Below are positions 58,531-64,000 of a stretch of 64,000 bases of DNA, one piece after another. Below the pieces are notes generated by a model. That model ran no database searches and was not told the origin of the DNA. It worked only from the letters and a program-made list of their open reading frames with translations. How positions within the stretch are numbered: the stretch's first letter is position 1; each line of letters starts with the position of its first letter. Location: NCBI GenBank assembly GCA_023920165.1, contig CP089281.1:1984001-2048000 (forward strand). The letters run 5' to 3'. The position numbers and the translations under genes are program-made. This DNA comes from Curvularia clavata. Taxonomy: Eukaryota.

Positions 58531-60216
58531 CTAGCTACTAGAAGAGCCCTTCTTTCCTGGCCACTCCTTTACCCAGGCTTCTAGTTGTGCAAGTACTTCA
58601 TGAATCACATTCCGAACACCTTCGTTAAGGCGACCATTTCGATAATAAAGAGAATCACTGCAATGATAACCTCCAGGCACAATCCAGGTGGGAAGCTGCT
58701 CTGTGCTCTTGAGGGGACCCCCAGGACGTTGTTCGGCTGCAACTGATGTTGGTCTCCAATAGTCGTACTCTCCATTGACAAGTAACAATCGAGTCGTGTT
58801 CCCAATATTCCAACCTCCCCAGTACTCATTGAACTCGTCCTCCGTGCGCAAGCCGTATGTCTCCCCATGAGGGCCTTTGGGAAACAACATATCGCACATG
58901 TGGTACCCATACTTGACATCAAGTGTGCGGCTAATGAGAGATGGAATGTCCTTGGGTGCACCTGCGGTCCAAGCACCGTATGGCTCATTGCATGAAAGCC
59001 AGAGATATTGTCGGTTCCAGGGATTTCCAACGCTTATATCTGTATAGAAAGGGTTGTTGGGGTCGTGAGACTCATCGCAGTAGGTACTGTTCTCGCTGTA
59101 TAGCCCAGGGTAGTTTTGATTGCCAAAATCTGGGCATGATCCAGGTAGCTTGTAATACTTCATCCATTTACCCCAGTTCTTCAGTGCTTTCTCAACACCA
59201 ACTCCTTCAATACCGGGAAGCTTGGAATGGGTATAATTTCTAGTTACTGGGTCCCAGACGCCCTCAATAGCATCGCACCACATGTAACTGTTCGTCACGT
59301 CTGGTGCGACGAGAAAATCGAACTGCATAGTGTACCAAAGCTGAGGGTCTCCACTAAGCATGTTAACGAAATCGTCGTTGTGGGTCAGATTCTGGAGACC
59401 GAAGTTTGCTTTAAGGGTGTCAATCTCCTTTTGAGAACCATTTAACAGCACACTGTCGATGTGATCGATGACCTGTGCCACGTCTTTTGTGCAATTTTTT
59501 GGTCCTGCTTTCAGGAAACTATCGGTTTGCCTCCAGTAGTTCAACTGTACCTCCACTCCAGCACCTGTCGCCCAATACGCCCAGAAAGTACCAGGTAGCT
59601 TTGTTGCAATGTCAACGGTGATGGTACCACTGTATGAGCCACCAGTGAGTACCCATGGCACATCTGACGCAGTGCTATTGACGGCGAATGGCAGCTTGAC
59701 ATTCGTAGCAAAGTTGACAGTATCGCGCATGACTTGATCGAACGTGAGGTATTTCAGGTTTGCAGTAGTCAGTTCCGAGTACGGTGAGGACTCTCCGTAA
59801 TATCGATTTTCGAGTAATATATATGCTGCTCCAAGATTGTAGGCTAACTGCTCCTGGCTATAGTAAAACTCCGTTGAACTGTAGTTCCCGTACCAATTAG
59901 TGAAAGGAGCCGGATTGATTTCACCAGGTAGGAAGAGTACAATAGGAGAACCCGGGCCTTTCCAGAACTCGTTGCTCCAAGCATAGCGCATTTTGAATGT
60001 TCCAAGGCTGGGGTTATGGTGATCAATTGGCTGCTCGAAGTAGCCCACACCAGGATTGTCATCAGTGCCCTGAGGTGCCTGCCTTCTTCTCAATTGTGAT
60101 CGTTTTTGTGTATCTGGCCTTCCAACATGTCGACCAGTGATAGATAGAGGATTCTTAGGGCGAATGGCGAGACTGACGGATGCCAGGAAGAGAAGAAGAA
60201 AAAGAACAGCTTGCAT
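58531..60216 (-). CDS. Secreted serine carboxypeptidase, family S28
   Basis: Signal peptide; FEQPIDH, LENRYYGES, nucleophile GGSYSG, NGEYDYW and HCSD. Confidence 0.9.
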   Translation of the reverse strand: MQAVLFLLLFLASVSLAIRPKNPLSITGRHVGRPDTQKRSQLRRRQAPQGTDDNPGVGYFEQPIDHHNPSLGTFKMRYAWSNEFWKGPGSPIVLFLPGEINPAPFTNWYGNYSSTEFYYSQEQLAYNLGAAYILLENRYYGESSPYSELTTANLKYLTFDQVMRDTVNFATNVKLPFAVNSTASDVPWVLTGGSYSGTITVDIATKLPGTFWAYWATGAGVEVQLNYWRQTDSFLKAGPKNCTKDVAQVIDHIDSVLLNGSQKEIDTLKANFGLQNLTHNDDFVNMLSGDPQLWYTMQFDFLVAPDVTNSYMWCDAIEGVWDPVTRNYTHSKLPGIEGVGVEKALKNWGKWMKYYKLPGSCPDFGNQNYPGLYSENSTYCDESHDPNNPFYTDISVGNPWNRQYLWLSCNEPYGAWTAGAPKDIPSLISRTLDVKYGYHMCDMLFPKGPHGETYGLRTEDEFNEYWGGWNIGNTTRLLLVNGEYDYWRPTSVAAEQRPGGPLKSTEQLPTWIVPGGYHCSDSLYYRNGRLNEGVRNVIHEVLAQLEAWVKEWPGKKGSSSS

Positions 60217-61658
60217 CGTATTGGCAAATGCTTTCGTTGCTTCGAAGGTACTCTAAACCAAAGAGATTAGAGATTTTCTATTTAAGAATGTCTCACTGCT
60301 TCATTCTGGCTAAATTGACCGCTACTAGGTCGGTCCGGTGCACTTATGGCATCAGGGGAAGCTAAACCCATCGGATCCAGGGTAAATTCTCGCAAGATTT
60401 AAGTTACTAGGATGTGGTAAGACGGCTGTTATTTCAGATGTTCTCGGATTCCCGGAGATTGCGCTGACCGTTGGACTTGTGTATATTTGTGTGCAAATAT
60501 GTAGAGGACGCTGACAATCATAAGGTTTAGGGCTGACGAGTACAAGTCCAGGGCCTGTTCGATTGCTCCGTATCCGTATCCAGCCGGTTTAAGCTTGCTT
60601 TGGGTTAGGGCTTTGCCAGGGGTTGGTGGTTAGTGTGGTAGCTTGACTCATCTCAATTGGATTCGAAAATATAGCGCTCAGACCCCTCCCGATGCAGTCC
60701 TGTTTATACACCATATGCGTCTCTGCAGATGCGTTCAAAGCAGTGATTGCACTAAGCAATGGCGAAACTTTCTATTGAACGAGAAACACCCTTGAGAAAC
60801 TGATTCGCAGTCACTGTTGCGGTCTGGCCGAACTCTGGTACAATGAGGATTCAATAACAGGAATGTTGACTGCAATGAATTCCGCTCAATTTACCGTTAT
60901 TGGCGAAACCAACTGTATAATGGTCATATAAATGCATGAGAATGTTGTCAAGTTTATTGCAGCACTCAGGATTTAGCGGAAATTTTGCAAGCTGATACAC
61001 CTAGTGTTTTTTAACTTCATCTTTATTCTCACTTCTGTATGCAATGAAGCTAGCTAATCTGTATGGCAGCGATTGGCTTGAAGATAGTATAGTTACCCCT
61101 ATATCGCTTCAATATAACTATAACACAACCACAGCATTATCATATTTGACTATTTCTGCGCATACGCCACTTTGTACATATCAATTGTGCAGTGTAGTAG
61201 TTTCTGGTATACATAGGCTGGTAGGAGATATGATAAGAGCTATGGATATCAATTCTCCGTAGGACGCTGATAATGAAAGCAAGAGTGCGCCATCAAGTAT
61301 GAGGAGTATGAAAATTCAAGGTGTTCTGGCCGCTTCGAGCTGGGATACCGATTGTTATTCATCACAATGGCAATGCTCTTGCGTGCATCATACACGAAAC
61401 TATGCCTGCATCTTATTCACTTATTGGATTTGAATTGATATAACACAATAAGTGTTGCACGTATAGTCCGTTTTCTCAGCTATCCTAATATGAATACTTT
61501 CCCGTACCTAAAGCTTTTTAATCATGGAAATTTGCTATTCCCAGTCTTGACTTTCTGAGCGTTACCTTTTGAAGCTTTCTATTCCTGATTGGATGTAATG
61601 TACAATTTTCGATGCAACTTTCAAAACATGTGAAAATATCGCTTACGAGCTTAAATGA

Positions 61659-63118
61659 TTATAGGTCGATATCATACTTAGAAATATCACAAAACCAGTA
61701 AAGTGCAAGATTTTTTATTGCCAGATGATAGCCTCCACTTAGAATGGTCAAGGTACGTCCATCCAGAGTAATATGTACAGAAATTGCTAACGATATGGCG
61801 TGTTCTCGTACTGCATTAATACCCTCATTGGTCTTCTCACAGCCGCGCACCATGACTGATTTTATTACCGGACACCACTTGTCCTTCAGTTGAATTAGAT
61901 CACCGAGAACAGCCCGATCTAGATTCGCAAAATTGCTATAGCTCAGATCCAGGTGTTCTAACGACATAGGGAGATCTCGGAATCTTACAAGCTTTTCGAA
62001 CTCGATAGACATTTCCGTAAGACTCTCAAAACCACGAAATGAAGGGTATGTGTAAGAGCTGTCTTCTAGACGTTCTACTTCTGCTAGAAGTTCAGGGTCA
62101 TGGAGATTGTAATAGTCGTGAAAGTCCAAGAGGAGCGTCTCCAGTCTTTGTCTATGCGTTTGAAGCAATGCCTTGACAAGGTCCCGTGGCGTGACTAAGG
62201 GTTCATAGCCCACATCCCACATCCATCTGTAGCAATTTCCGTCGGGTATGATGAGTTTGAATACAGTCAAACGGGAACACGCTTGCAATAGCGATTCCAT
62301 TGTAGACAATGGCCCTAGACACCAAAATAGTTCCGCAGTTATGTGTGTCAAGATATTGACTGCGCAAGACCCATTCAGAGTGTTTGGCACATCGCTCTCA
62401 GATGAGAACTTCTCGAAAAATGGAAATCGCATTAGAGGTATGTAATCCCTTATGTTGAGTGGGCCATCCTCGTACTGCTTATGCCTGGATGTGTGAGATT
62501 AGCTGCATTTACTCAAAGCTGGCAAGAGCGAAAACAGAACTACTGATCTGCCTTGCTTAAGTTTGGATAAAGCAAAAGACCCACTTACAAATGAAGTGAT
62601 TTCAACTTTGACAAGATGAAACTATCAGTCTGCATCTTATAGATGCGATACATCAAAGATCGTGGTGCTTCGATTTGAGCTGTGAGGTGGATATGTTGCA
62701 GATTTGGCAACCGAGCCAGGACTTGAACAGAAAGCGGGTAGTAACAAAGATCAGGTTCGATCTCAGAAGGATGACCTCCTATCAGCGCTGAAAGTTCCAT
62801 GAAAACTGTATCATGCGCAAGTGCAGGCCATTCATAACGCACTCCGCGATCATTATATAAAGCGAGTTCTTTCGTCTTTTGAGCGAGTGACGGACGCTCT
62901 ATCAAAGTACGGAGGAAGAGCTTGACATGAAGTAGAGGATCTGTTGCTGACTCGACTATTCGAACACTAGTGTAAAGTGCTGGCTGCGCAACGTCACATA
63001 AGATGCGTGACGTACGGCATAGGCGAGATAATGTTCTGACATTAGAGTCATCGCTTGTGGTGAGATAGTAGATTATACCAAGGAGGAGTTCGTTGGACAA
63101 ATCTGTGATTTGGGCCAT
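61659..63118 (-). CDS. F-box-like / LRR-like hypothetical protein
   Basis: N-terminal MAQITDLSNELLLGII...LCRTSRILCDVAQPALY, then leucine-rich repeat-like segments spread over two ORFs. Intervening splice sites were not resolved exactly. Confidence 0.6.
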
Positions 63119-64000
63119 CCTTGCAAGAAAACGAGGGGTAAAGATTTTAGAGACAGTGTGCACAGATAGCTACACTGCCAGTAATGTAAGGTGTAAGATG
63201 TAAGTAGGCTCTGCGGCTGGCAAAGATTCGGCAAAGATTCAACTACTGTAATTGCGGGGTATGGTGTCTGTGTGCGCACAATGTACGTCATACACATACT
63301 CATCTTCAGGCTGATATGTACGCATGCTACGTCGTGCGCTCTTGAACCAATAGACACTTGGCGCGTTTCGTCAACTCTGCGATAGCTTTCTTGATCCGTG
63401 GAAGGTTGCTTAAATATGCCACATCTCTCTCTTCAAACCCCCTGCTGAAAGACCGTGTATCACGAGAGCTTGCTACCCTAATCCATCAATGCACACCTAC
63501 TTCCTGTACCTGATGATGATATAGGCACAACTCAGTTTTATCCAGTAAATCATTCGAGATTCCTTCTCGTTTTGGTCTGGACAATAACCTCATATTCCAG
63601 CTGTCATCGCATTCTGATACAATGTAGTTATTTCGACAGGATTCAGAGACACACTTGACATGACCAATGCTCGAGCGCATCTTGGTATCAGGTGATGTGT
63701 TCGGCTGTCAAAACAAGTTGGATGGCGTGAGCTGCATCCCGCCGAAGTAAACTATTTTCCGCACGACATTTGGCCGCCAATTATGGCAGGGTTTTCGCAA
63801 AACAAGCGTATGACTGTTCACAATGAATTCCAACTGCAGACACCCAAACGATGGTGATGATAATGGCAACACGTGCTTTGGTATGCGGATCGAAACATTC
63901 GTGGAGTTGCTGTAACCACTATGTTTGCCCTCTTTTCGAAAACTATTCAAGGAAAACTGCACCGAAACTATTTTCGTCTACTCCATCTGCAACATCTTCG

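Noticed and set aside
56896..60216. Tyrosinase and S28 peptidase as cluster members
   Set aside because: Both are secreted enzymes without an obvious pathway role, and I did not see the TCGGC enrichment upstream of them. Membership cannot be excluded without expression data.
86..63962. Numerous 60-170-aa ORFs overlapping or antisense to the called genes
   Set aside because: Shadow ORFs of real coding sequence, or starting at non-ATG codons, with no recognisable motifs.
63400..64000. Possible minus-strand coding fragment at the window end
   Set aside because: Only short ORFs with stops and no recognisable motif.

Overview
Intron-containing fungal DNA, most likely from a filamentous ascomycete. 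The right half (about 26.8-55.8 kb) is an apparently complete nine-gene hybrid PKS-NRPS cluster. It comprises a Zn2Cys6 regulator, an MFS exporter, two P450s (one CYP52-like), an EthD-like small protein, a Fus2/CcsE-type alpha/beta hydrolase, a trans-enoyl reductase, a small membrane protein and a ~3912-aa KS-AT-DH-(dead MT)-KR-ACP-C-A-T-R synthetase. A tyrosinase, an S28 peptidase and an F-box-like gene follow it. The left half is accessory-like, with secreted proteins, a second Zn2Cys6 factor, several pseudogenes and a solo LTR with a perfect 5-bp target-site duplication. The most unusual element lies in an AT-rich stretch that has no ORF-track entries (18445-19543, minus strand). There a signal-peptide exon is followed by 13 consecutive 3-nt, single-codon micro-exons separated by canonical GT-AG introns, predicting a 55-aa secreted precursor with a short amphipathic segment. 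All gene models were spliced by eye; no database search was run.
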